Shown one piece after another: positions 13,041 to 24,530 of a stretch of DNA of 64,000 nucleotides (positions within the stretch are counted from its first letter, which is position 1; each line of letters begins with the position of its first letter). Source of the stretch: Podarcis gaigeae (taxonomy: Eukaryota); the NCBI GenBank assembly GCA_964106915.2, contig OZ066922.1; one strand, written 5' to 3'. The notes below the pieces were generated by a model, which ran no database searches, was not told the origin of the DNA, and saw only the letters and a program-made list of their open reading frames with translations. Both the position numbers and the translations under genes were made by a program.

Positions 13041-14152
13041 ATTTGCCTCTCCGCAAATCAATCTGGATGGACAATAAATAAGTCATCTGGAACTGACCAA
13101 TGAAAAACTTGATATAAAGAAAAGACAAGATGAGGTTGTAAATATCTGAATGACAATTCCAAGTCTACTTGAGAGAAAAAGCCACATTTGATCACCATAT
13201 GGCATCGGTGAAAACCACAGCGAGAAAGCCCGGCTGTAGATAAATCTGCTGTTAAAAGCAAACTTAGGAACAATCTGTTTATGAATGATGAACAAATAAC
13301 TTGGATGCAACAGGTTACTGATGCTTGAAGCTGGCCAAAAGACTTTGACAAAAGGCAAAGGCTGTAACAATAAAGGATTCCAGACATATAGCAGAGTTAT
13401 GGGCCCCTGTTTAAAACTATAACTTCCACTATCAATTAGCCCTGTTCATGTGTGCTATCAAAGCTGGGGCATAGACCAAAGTGGAACGAGAATGGCATTT
13501 CCATTTTACTAGTGTTATATATTCAATTAAACATTGTTGCAGCTATTTACATAGCTGAATGGCACTGCGTTTACACCACACAATCTCAGGTTATTTCTGT
13601 GTAAATATTTCTCTAAACTCCAACGTAAGTTCAAATTAGTCACGAAAGAGCTACTAAAATAAAATAAACCACAGTTTAAGGTTGGTCACAAATTATGCTT
13701 CAGCTTAAGCAGCGGATATACCAAAGTGCAGGGGGAACAACACCCAGTCTTAGATGAAGTTGGACAAAGTTGGTAAAAACCACCTGGCAGCCAATCTAAT
13801 GTGATAATAAATAGCTCTCCTGTGTGGAACAAACTCTGCAACTTTACGGCAAATGTAACGTACATGAAATTGAAAGTATGGTACAAAGCAAAGTGAGGTA
13901 AGACAGTACCGTATTTACAAGATGAAACTGAGGTGCTGTTTTGTAAGGTGAAAAAGCAGACAGCTTGAAGAATGGTTTGATGGTAAGTGAAGGATGTCAA
14001 CTGGAGAGTAAATAAGAAATGAAACAGCTACGGGGGGGAATCTTGGACATATGATTGCAACGAAAGCAGGAAACCTGATTTTAAGAAATTGTATTAAATT
14101 TAAGTAATTTGGTTTGATCTGTAATGATTTGGAAAATCAATAAAAATGTTTT

Positions 14153-14157
<5 letters not shown>

Positions 14158-14201
<44 letters not shown>
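14158..14201. repeat. (AG)n microsatellite
   Basis: Pure AG run. Confidence 0.95.
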
Positions 14202-14205
<4 letters not shown>

Positions 14206-15029
14206 TGCAAAACGTCCATGTGGATTATGCCCATCCTTACAAGAAGAAAGACTATGATAGATCTTTTTACCCTCAACAGCATCAGCCAAGCTATGAGGAC
14301 ATTTTTTCTTCTTCTTCCTTGGGGAGTTATTCATTGGATAGAGGGAGAGTAGCTTGGCTCTCCTTTGAAGTTAAGCATCTTGCTTGAAATTAAAGTAATA
14401 AAATGACAAAATGCTTTACTAAATCTTCTTTATCATACTATTGTCTTCCAAGAGCACAATCTAATTAAAGATCTCTGTGAGCCTCTTTTCATCTGCAGGT
14501 TAGTTGAGGGTCCTTCATTTCTTTTGAAACAATGTCTTGTGAGTTCCAAACCTTCAAATGGCACGGTGTTAGCAGTGTTCTCTGGCAGACATTTACATGG
14601 TAGGCATGCGTCTAGTCATAAAGGGACAAAGAATGACTATAAAGCTGAAGACGTGTTCGTTATGTTATTCTTGTAGCAAATATTCTGACCTTTTGTAAAT
14701 AAAGCAATTGCTCTCCGCAAATCAAAGCAGAATAAATCTTCCCTTGTCAAACACAGAACTCTGGGAAACTGGACTTATCGAAACTAGAATCCGAAACTCT
14801 CATCAGATGCTTGAATTCTGCCCAGTACTTGTGCCAAGAATCTGAAAGGAAATGAACATAAACAACCATTCCCCATAAAGTTTTAGGTCATAATCCTAAA
14901 CACACTGACATGGAAAACATTGTAGCTAAAAATTAAAGGGGGATTTAGGCTGATGACCAAGCTGTATCTTTTTATACCCAGGCCAATGTAATCGGCAAGG
15001 AGGAATTAACAAGGTTGTTAAATAAGCTT

Positions 15030-15160
15030 TGGTGAGGATGGCTAAATTGTGGCCTTCTAGGTGTTGTTGGCCTCCAACTTCCACCATCCCCAACCAGCAT
15101 GATCAGAGATGGTGGGCGCTTCAGTCCAACAGCATCTAGAGGGCTACAGGCTGCTTGACT
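15030..15160. mobile_element. Family C hAT MITE, degenerate
   Basis: TGTGGCCTTCTAGGTGTTGTTGG...CCAACAGCATCTAGAGGGCTACAGG arms. Confidence 0.6.
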
Positions 15161-15372
15161 TTGGTCTATGAGCTGAGAGCACTTCCTGACAAGTGTTTAT
15201 AGCTGGATCTGTGTTCCTTGGGTGTGCAATTTTTTTGCAGCATCCAAACAACATTGTTGCATCAAAATGCTGGCTGGTACCCCACCCTTCCTTTTTTAAA
15301 AAAATAAAAATAGTTTTCTTAGAGATTTTCTTGTGTTGCAAAACAAACAAATAAATAAGGGAAAGTACATAT

Positions 15373-15765
15373 TGTTGGGATACTTCCGGGGAGTCAGGGG
15401 CATCAAGGAGGCCCCCAGCAGGCTCCGGACGATCGCCTGTCTCCCATGGAACAGCATCAGTCAGTCAGCGACACAAGCCTCAGATTCGTTTAGAGACCCG
15501 TGCACACTCTGTCAGCAGAGTGTGTAAATCACCTCACAGCAGAAGAGGCGGACAGAGAGAGATGTGCAAGCATATTTACAGCATTTTATTCAGCATAGCT
15601 CAGGAACAAAGGAAGACATGTCTGCTTGTCTTTGTGTCCAGCAAAAACAGCAGTATAGCAAAAGCAACATGCAACAGAAGTTCCCAGAAGACTCTGCTGC
15701 TGGAAGTAAACAGGCATGTGACACACATGTACCCTTTTAAGGTGGAATGGAACTATATCCTAACA
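15373..15765 (-). mobile_element. Solo LTR (393 bp)
   Basis: Starts TGTTGGGATA and ends TATCCTAACA (TG...CA, 10-bp inverted ends with one mismatch). 5-bp TSD CATAT at 15368-15372 and 15766-15770; AATAAA on the minus strand at 15585-15590. Confidence 0.8.
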
Positions 15766-15887
15766 CATATAACATCTCCATTTTTTTATTTTTAGAGTCT
15801 TTCACAGTTTGTTTACATTTTGCATGAGAAAAGAGCATTGGCTTATGTCACTTCCAGACAACCTTATCCTAGCAAACATTCTTCCTG

Positions 15888-16110
15888 ATTTATTTACTTA
15901 TTTCCTTTTTATCCCACCATTTTTTCTCCAGGGGGTGTACATGGTTTCCTCCCAACTCATTTAATCCCCACAACAACCCTGTGAGGTGAGTTAGGCTGAG
16001 ACAAATAGTGACTGGCCCAAGGTCACCCAGTGAGCTTCATGTCTAAGTGGAGATTTGAACCCTGGTCTCTCCCAGGTCTTATTCTGACAAACTAACCATT
16101 ACACCACCAC
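15888..16110 (-). mobile_element. CORE/MIR-like SINE
   Basis: CACAACAACCCTGTGAGGT...GTGACTGGCCCAAGGTCACCCAG...GATTTGAACCC CORE-SINE motifs. Confidence 0.75.
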
Positions 16111-16499
16111 AGACTGTTCCCACCCTCCCTTTTGATCTAGATATACCCTTTCTGGAGAAAACACAGTAAGTAAAAAGAACATGTTGCCAGTAGCCCCTCA
16201 ATGGCATTCATGCAAATTATGTCCCGACCTGAAAGCAGCCTAGGACAGTGCTGTAATCTAAATATTAGAGAACGTCTCAGTGAAGAAACTATGGCTGCCT
16301 TGTTTCTGCTCTGAGTGTGCTGAAAAGTCTTGCAACTCATAGCACAGAGGCTGACGGCAAGCAGTGCCCATTTTTACATAGGAATGCAGATAGAAAACAT
16401 TTATGAAGCAGCCAGCATCAGGAGTAGACAAAGCTCTGCAGTGCAGAAGATAAGAATAAAGTAGGTGGGAGCTAGCCTGTCTCTGGGTGTATCAATGCA

Positions 16500-16652
16500 T
16501 TTGTGTCAGCACCCGGGGCAAGGCAAGTAATTTGCGCCCCCTAACCCGTGGTAGCCAGGTAGGGGCAGAGAGCTGCGAGTTCGAGCGCGCGCCCCCCAGA
16601 TGTTGCGCCTGGTGCGGCTGCCCCCCCCTGCACCCCCCACGCTACGCCACTG
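16500..16652. mobile_element. CpG-rich hAT-like MITE fragment
   Basis: GC/CpG-rich insert in depleted DNA, ending in TIR-like GCTACGCCACTG (compare GCTACGCCCATG at 37732-37743). Confidence 0.55.
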
Positions 16653-19381
16653 AATGCTTGGCAGATGGGCCAATGTAGCTGTGGCACTAGGTGAATCTAT
16701 CCTAGAATTCAGCATACATCGCCAAATATGTGTGTGTGTTGTAAAGTGGCAGCACCAGCTCACTTTCTAGGCCAGCACGCACAGTGGAAGAGAGTCACTC
16801 TATTTTTGACTGTGTGTACAAAAACAGGCTTCCAGTGATTCCATCCCCCCCAAAAAAAAAAAAGTTCCTATGGGATTTGGCTCTTCCATGTAATTTATTT
16901 AAGATAGAGATTCTCATCACTGAAACAAAGGAACCCTGTAAAATGCTGATTGGTCATGTGGGGAGGACCAGGTGGCAGTAAGGGAGTCTTGAAATTAATA
17001 AATGAGTTCTTTGGCCTCCGAGGTTTTCCTTTTTAGCTGTTGTTTCCTGCATCATTATTCTGTTCTTTGATCTTATTCAAAACATTCCAATCTATGTCAT
17101 CTCTCTCGTGCCTTTTTGATAAATGTAGCCCAGTATGTATACTTACATATTTAGGAACACAGATCGCTATCGACGCTTCGCAAGCGAAATTTATTATTCA
17201 CGTGAAAAACCACAAAGATACTGTTTAAAGTGTTTATTAAAAGATGCTTTCTATACCACAACATCTAGAGGAAAAACAGCTGCGGGTTGTGCTGTCACTG
17301 GAAAGAAAATCTGAAAGCAGCATAACAGGTCACTTTCCTTCAGACGGAAGAAAGTACTGGAATCTTACTAAGTTACCAAGAAATGTCTTCGTAACCTCTT
17401 CCCAGCCAGTTTCTCTGGCCAAACTGAGCTCACTTTACGCTTTAACTGTGCCTTTTTCCCATGCCCCCAAGAAAATGGATGCAGTACCATTTTACTTAAC
17501 AGAATAGAAAAGCAGGCCTGCAACAATATTTGCAAGAAACTGCATACTATAGAATTCTTTAAGACTTTCACTCACAATCGCAAACAGATTATATGTTCTC
17601 CAACTATTAGTAGGGCTGAACTGGATATGAAGTAGGAGCTAGGTTTATCACGTACTCATTCAGCAAAAGTGTCTTATAATATTAACCAGACTTATCAATA
17701 TTATTGTTTCCTGTTGAGTGTGGAAGAGGTATTACCAATTTATGGCTATTTTGAGATATGAAAGTGAGTGGGAGGAAATCAATGATTAACACACCCAGAG
17801 AAACAAGAATGAATATTAATGAGAAATGAAGAAAGACTGTTATTAACAGTTTATTGCTAATTTCACTGACACTCAAGAGGAAGCAATAAAATGGGCAAAA
17901 CAGGCAAGCAAGAAACATTTAATTAAAGGCACAGAAGCCTTGAAAACCTCAAGGACATTTTGTCTTTCCGCATTTGACAGGCTGGCACTCCAACTGCATT
18001 TTTAGTTTTTTTGAAAATGTACAAAAGCAGGTATGATAAAAGATTGAAGGACACAAAGATATGACATCATCCTAAGATGGTATAATTTATATTCCTCATA
18101 AACAAAGCCTGTGGTGAAGAAATGAAGGCCAGAGGGAGGACCCTTGCTGTTGAATTGATTCTTATGGATTTATTGTATTGTTCATACTGTCTTGAAACAA
18201 ATTTGGTTTTGACCTGTGGGTTTTTTGTGGGGGTTTTTTGATATATACTTTGTTTTTAATTTTTAAATAAACCAACCTTTATTCTGATATTTTATGTTAA
18301 CCAAGTCGTTTGTGGTAGCAGTGGGACATAAGCAAGGAATGAAATTAAATAAAATTATGAGCACAGGAAAGACAGTCCCCCGGCCAAAAGTACTGATCAT
18401 ATAAATTTAAAAGAGAGGACAGAAGAAGGGGGAAGGAAGGGAGGAAAGAGACATCTACTAACCATGAATGAATGAATGAATGAATGAAATATGAGAAAGC
18501 ACATACCTAGGCTTTGTTTCAATTGCTCTGCTGCAATTGCATTTTCAATTTTGTGAAACTTAAACTCAAATTTCAAAATGCAATGCCATCTTCAAGCAAT
18601 TTGATCTTCAATCAAATTTATTTTGCCCAGATAAGGCTTGAAACATTTCTCTCTCTCTCTAATTTTGTGCATTTCCCATATTCAATGGAAATGTTGCTAC
18701 GATTACATTTTTCTTGTTTTCTTTTTTAAAACAAAACCACCCCTGTCATCTATCTGACATCCAGGTATCAATTAATTGACATATTTGTCTCTTGCCCCCT
18801 TTGCCTTCCTTACTGACTGTTCCTTTGGCTTAACCCTTCATCAATGACCAAGTTAAACGCTAGATTGAATTACACCCTTTCCATTTGAACTAGCTTTCTA
18901 GTAGTTCACTGAAGGGTTTATAGTTATCGTGAGTGACCAAAGTGCTTGGATGTGTGTACTCAGGTCAGCGTGTAGAACGGTACATGTGTGGTGGGGGTTG
19001 GATCTTTCTAAAATAAAACAGCTGCATAAGAAATGGTCAAGGAACTGAAGGCAATATGATAGCTGCTATTAAACCCCACTTTGAAACGCTTCCTTTAGCT
19101 TTGATGATGTTTTCATCTCAAAAGTTGCAATTGATTCCCCTCACCACTACTGACCTTAATTCAACCTCACAAAGCACAGCTTAACTTTTAGCCTGATCAT
19201 ATTTTTATCCTTCTGTGTAGGGGATAAAGGTTTTTCTTTGTGTGCCTATTGAAATGTAGAGCTTGAGTCCCATTATACCTAGGGATGAAGGGAAAAAATG
19301 GAATGGTTCTAAGTTTGCGGAGCCCTGAGTGCTGTTTGAAAAGGTGTTCTATATTCATGTTTACTATTCTCTCTTCATTCC

Positions 19382-19527
19382 ACCCACAAGCTTGAGATAT
19401 AGGGCTCCCTCATTTAGAGGGTATAATATACAAACTGCCCAATAATTATAGGTACAACTCTATTTATTGGGCAGTTCAGATATTATACCCTCTAAATGAG
19501 GGAGCCCTATATCTCAAGCTTGTGGGT
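19382..19527. repeat. 146-bp inverted repeat with a 48-bp perfect stem
   Basis: 19382-19429 is the exact reverse complement of 19480-19527; 13 further pairs follow a 3-nt mismatch. Confidence 0.95.
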
Positions 19528-19584
19528 TGAGTAACTAATTGGTAATTCAAATTGGCCATGTACCAAAACTGATGAGTCAAGCAG

Positions 19585-19705
19585 CAGTGAGCCTGTGGCC
19601 TTTCAAATGTTGTAGGATTTCAACTCCCATCAGCCCCAGAAAGCCTAGCCAGTGATCAGGGGGATAATGGGAGATGCAACATTTGGAAGGATACAGGTTC
19701 CTGGT
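19585..19705. mobile_element. Family C hAT MITE, degenerate
   Basis: CCTGTGGCCTTTCAAATGTTG...CAACTCCCATCAGCCCC...CAACATTTGGAAGGATACAGG. Confidence 0.6.
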
Positions 19706-20006
19706 CCCAGAATATATCGTGATGAATTTATGGAAGATATCCTTTTGCCAGGATGGGAACTAAAATGTGCCAAAGAAAGCTTGAGGCAGTGATTGGAATT
19801 TAGCTGGAAAGAGATAAAAATCAGTGCAAAGGTTTTGGAGTTCACTGGCAGAAGCTCTATGATGCTGCCCTTGCTTTGAGATTAATATTGTTGTGAATCT
19901 GTGACATTATCTTGTGACTCATGCTTAGTCTGTGAACAAACTATTGTAAGACTCTGTTGAGACCTTTTAAACATGATCAGTCGTTTCATGATCACAATTC
20001 CTAAAG

Positions 20007-20140
20007 CAGAGGAGACCGACATGGTGTCCTCCAAATGTTGGACTCCAACTCCCATCATCCCCAACCTTTGACCATGCTAGCTGGGGCTGATGGGATTTGG
20101 TGTCCAACAGCATTTGGAGGGCACCCTATTGGTTACTCCA
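20007..20140. mobile_element. Family C hAT MITE, degenerate
   Basis: CCTCCAAATGTTGGACTCCAACTCCCATCATCCCC...GGGGCTGATGGGA...CCAACAGCATTTGGAGGG. Confidence 0.65.
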
Positions 20141-20809
20141 TCTTCACTGAAAATGCACTTTTGATTAGTTTGCAGGTTCAAAGGGAACTTATTTATTCCA
20201 AGCATGTTGAAATAAGGTTAAGGAACTTGGCAATACCTTAATTTACCACACTTTCATTCCACAATATAGGATTATAATGGACATATGATTGTAATGGATG
20301 AAGTTCATAATTCACAAACAGTCAAGAGATAAGATGTGGCTAAAATTCTTAGAATTTCATGTTTATATAGATAGTTTATTTTTTCAGGATTAACAATACT
20401 AGGATAGCAAGTCAAAATTAACAATCTAATTATACAAATGACCCCTCATGCCTGGTTACCTTTATTGCTAATTGGTTTAGGGGTTTGACTAGGTATAGTG
20501 GTAGATATTTTCCCTGAAGCATGGGGAGGTTGGAATCTAGCCAATGCTAGCTGATGAAAGAGGAGAAATGCAGAAGGACTATCATCACAGAGTAAAAATC
20601 CACTTGCCTCAGCTAAAGTTAATCCTTACTAAATCCCATTGCAAGCAATAGGTTTCCTTGATTATAATTTGTTTCCTGTCTTTACTCCCTCAGTAGTACC
20701 TGCTTTAAAAAAAATGAAAAGAATATAAAGAGGAAGCAGCAAACAACTAAACTCAAAGTAGCTGAAATATCTAGGCCTCCTGAGCCCAATTTGAAAGAAG
20801 AGTTTTGAC

Positions 20810-21040
20810 TGCCCTCTTAAACACTATCAGTGAAGAATCTCAGCAGTGGGGCTGCCACAGAAAAGGCTCTGTCATGTGTTGCTTTTTACAAATACCTGAA
20901 AGGAGAGAGAGAGAAAAGTGCCTCTTTAGAAGACCTCATTCTTGGGCAGGATTGTATTGATGATGGCAGTCCTTCAGGCAATCTGGTCCCAAACTGTTAG
21001 TGGCTTTATAAATCAAAAGCAACACTTTCAATGAGCTGCA
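20810..21040 (-). mobile_element. L2-type LINE ORF2 C-terminal fragment
   Basis: Minus-strand translation LKVLLLIYKATNSLGPDCLKD resembles the L2 motif FKVLVLTFKALNGLGPxYL. Confidence 0.65.
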
Positions 21041-21451
21041 GCAGGCTGTAGCTGGATCAAGGCCTCCCATGGAATCAGGATCCCATAACAAATGAACAAT
21101 CCCTTTGAGATAGCTGTAAATGCTCCACTGAAATAGAATGCAAGGACAGGTTTCATCCAAGTCTTCTAATGCATGATTAGATTATGTGGAAGGGGCAGAT
21201 GAGCATAAAAATCCGCAAGTGCAAACAATGGCAGGTTCAGGTACTATGATGCTCTGGGCTAGGCCAAAATTTGGCACACGACCCTCTCGCAGCTGTCATG
21301 TTCCCAAAGGCATGAGGCTTTGAGAAGGAGGTGTAAGGGCTCTGGCAGGGTTCTAGAGTCCTCCTTCCCAAAGCTGGGAAACCACCAACTAGGCTTTGGG
21401 AAGGAGGTGGGAGTACTCTAGGACCCTGTCACTTGCCAGGCTTTGAGATGC

Positions 21452-21507
21452 TGTCCCCTTGGCTGAGCACACATGTGTCCCCTTGGCTCAGCACACATGT
21501 GTCACCC
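21452..21507. repeat. 24-bp tandem duplication
   Basis: TGTCCCCTTGGCT(G/C)AGCACACATG twice, plus a partial third copy. Confidence 0.85.
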
Positions 21508-22197
21508 ATAGCTCATAGCCCAGATGCACGAAAGGGGAGAAGAGAAAATTGTGTCTGTCAAAATGGGGTGAACTGGAGAAATTGGGAGAGAGACTGGTGC
21601 ACCATCCTTCAACCCTTTCTCACTGCAGCACTCCTATAAAACTAGTAACTGATCGGGGGACTAAAATACATACATGACTGTATGTACAAAACCATTAAAC
21701 CTCCAATATTTTAGAGGCAATTTTTAGGTTTTAGAACCCTATTGTCTTAGCAGGCAGCCTGCCCATGTCTAATAACTCTGGAAACATTGCTTTGTAAAAT
21801 TATAAATTGCACTCCTTGGCGTTCAGGTTCAGAGACGTTTTATTATTATGAGATTACTCCAAGATCTGATAAACTATCTTAATCTTCTCTTATAAACACT
21901 TTATTAAACATCACACTATCTCAAGCTGAGGAATGCTGTACAACTGTACAACAAATACAGCCACGTTTCATCATTATAAAATGAAGTATGATTAGAGTCT
22001 ATGAAGAGCAATAACCATAAGATAAACAAGATAATCCTTGGATAAACAGTACTGGGCGCATTGAGCTCAAAAGAGCAGAGAGGCAGAACAGGGATCGCTG
22101 ATCATTTTCCTGAATTGTTTGTACTGGCATAATCACAGTTTTAATTGCAATGTTCTCATTGTTCTCCCTGACAAAAATAGCTTGCTGCATGTTGATG

Positions 22198-22497
22198 AAG
22201 AATAGGGCCTTCTATGTAATAGCACCCCTTTTGTGGAATCCACCCCACCCCCTAGAAGTGCAGATGGCCTCAACTTTGGCTTCTGATGCCAGATTAAAAT
22301 ATATTTGTTCACTCAAGCATTTGGTGAAGTTGGCTAAACTCTAGAGTATGGGAATTGCTGTCTGCTGTTGGTTCTTGTTGCTTTAAAATATTTTAGTGCT
22401 GACCTTATAGCACGTATGTTCTTATATTTTAAAAAAAAAGAATGGAAACCACCGTGGGATGCTCTGGGATGAAGGGTGGTTTAAAGGTTTAACTAAC
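22198..22497 (+). mobile_element. L2-type LINE 3' end
   Basis: RAFYVIAPLLWNP resembles L2 RAFSVxAPxLWNxLP; tail GGATGAAGGGTGGTTTAAA. Confidence 0.6.
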
Positions 22498-22789
22498 TCA
22501 CAGACAAATTATGTATCATTTTCCAAAAGATCTTTTCACCTAGTTCAATAAAAGGATACGTCCTGGAATATGTTCCTCTGATTGTGATGACTCCACTTGG
22601 TTTGTTTTTGACAATTTCTTCTCTTTTTTGTACTACTGGCAAAGAGAGCAATGGGGCAAAGCAAGGAAGGGAGTTATCTAACCAAATGGAGATAAAATGC
22701 CTCACTTGTCATGTGAGGGTTCTGTTTGGAGCTGTCCATGGTCCTGATGCTGTCTCTATTGCACCCCATGGGCCCCCACTCACAGGACA

Positions 22790-22895
22790 CGGATGTTGTT
22801 CTACTTAGAATACATTGACGTTAATGGACCTAACTTAGTGATATTTGTTAATTTCAGTGGGCCTGCTCTAAGTAAAACTAGCTGAATACCACCCT
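22790..22895. mobile_element. Palindromic MITE family 'B'
   Basis: Shares CATTGA..TTAATGGACCTAACTTAG...AATTTCAGTGGG..TGCTCT.AGTAAAACTAG with 23246-23365. Confidence 0.6.
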
Positions 22896-23245
22896 ATGAC
22901 ACCATCTTTCAAAACCTGGCCAATGAAGTAGTTGACAAGGAGAGAGGGGTCTTTTGGAAAGGTCTGTGAACTTACATGACAAAGAGAGCTAGACTGCTTT
23001 GTCTTTATTTCCTGCCTCCTCCTCCTCCCCCCCCCTCCTCTTTTGGGGAGAGGCTAAGAATGGGCAACTACTCAGGATAGTTCTTGGAAACCTCAGGAAC
23101 TGAATATTTCCATAGCCATGATGCATTTGGAACAAACAAAGGGCACATACAAATATTATGGGTCTGTTTATTACTAGCATCACCAGATGTAGTCACTTTT
23201 AAATGTTTGTTTTCTTGCAGAAAAGTGGGGATTTATAAGTATAAC

Positions 23246-23365
23246 GGGTTGTATCCAATGCTAGTCCTATTCAGAGTAGGTCCATTGAAATTATTGGGCA
23301 TGACTAACTTGGCCCCATTAATTTCAGTGGGTTTACTCTGAGTTGAAATTAGTTGGATGCAATCC
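23246..23365. mobile_element. Palindromic MITE family 'B' (best copy)
   Basis: TIRs GGGTTGTATCCAA...TTGGATGCAATCC; the whole unit is self-complementary. Confidence 0.75.
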
Positions 23366-24348
23366 AGTGATAATGGTGAGCAAGACCCCTCAGAACACAA
23401 TCTTCCAACTTCAGAGAATGTTAATAAAGCACCTAGAAACATGTTACTTGACTGAAGGGGAGTAGGCTCAAACTGACAGCTCCCAGGAACAGCCATCCAC
23501 AACTCTGCAATCTTCTTCAAGTTCTTCCACATTGTTTTACTGTTTATTTACAATCTAATCTTTCTTTGCTTTTCAAGTCGAACTCCCACACTATAAAACT
23601 TTAGAGAGTGGGTCTAACTTATCTACAATCTCTCTCAAGACACCTGGCACTGTGTGTTTTTTGGGGCGGGGGTTGTCCCTCCCTCCCAAATACATCTTTA
23701 GACAGAATGAATTACAGTTTGTTATTATGGAGGGCTAGAACAGTGAAAACATAGGGGATTGATTTGGTGATGTTTTTGTTTTAAATTGCTACTGAATGCA
23801 AACATTTGAATTCTTCTTTGTTACTTTTGGAAGTGCTGCAATAATCCTAAATCAACATCTATATATGCCATTTTATTCTAAATGTTTTCTAAAACAATCT
23901 TTTTCTTAACTTTTAGTTATTTCTTCCCTCACACCTCCCCACTTCCTGATATTCCATTTTTTCTTTATTTTTTTCTTGCTAAGAAGAATAAGACTTTGAG
24001 AGAAAATTCTTGTCATACAAAGTATAGGGAATCACTAATGCTTTGTAATATCTGTGATGCAAGCACATCTTTTTCAGCTATGTCATGACTACAGGCAAGT
24101 ATGTTTTGTGGAATATCAGATATATTAGTGGTCCCAGCAAGCATCTGCAGCCTCTTGCAGAATTTAATAACTGGGGTGCTGTTATATTTTAGCAAGAACT
24201 CACACAGAGAGAGCACAGCCATCCATATTAGAAAGCAGATAGATTTGTATAGTTCTTGATCATGGGAATTTACCAAGAACGTGGAATTATTGGGTATATC
24301 AGAAATTAGATTATGAAGCTGGTACAGGAGGAAACTTCTAAATTTTGG

Positions 24349-24530
24349 ATGGCACTCAATTAAGTTTTCCTCAAAGTAAATCCACTGGAACTAATGAACA
24401 TGACTAAGTTTTGGCCATTAATTTCAATTATGTTGTAAACTGCCCTGTGATCTTCAGATGAAGGGTGGTATATAAATTGAATAAATAATAATAGGTCAAC
24501 TTTGAGTGAAACTTAGTTGAATAACACCCA
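24349..24530. mobile_element. Family B MITE with nested LINE/SINE tail (~24429-24492)
   Basis: Family B halves separated by TGTAAACTGCCCTGTGATCTTCAGATGAAGGGTGGTATATAAATTGAATAAATAATAAT. Confidence 0.6.

Noticed and set aside
14100-14387. ORFs with ER/SL dipeptide runs (also 25482-26025, 34308-34664, 53706-54185)
   Set aside because: Translations of microsatellites.
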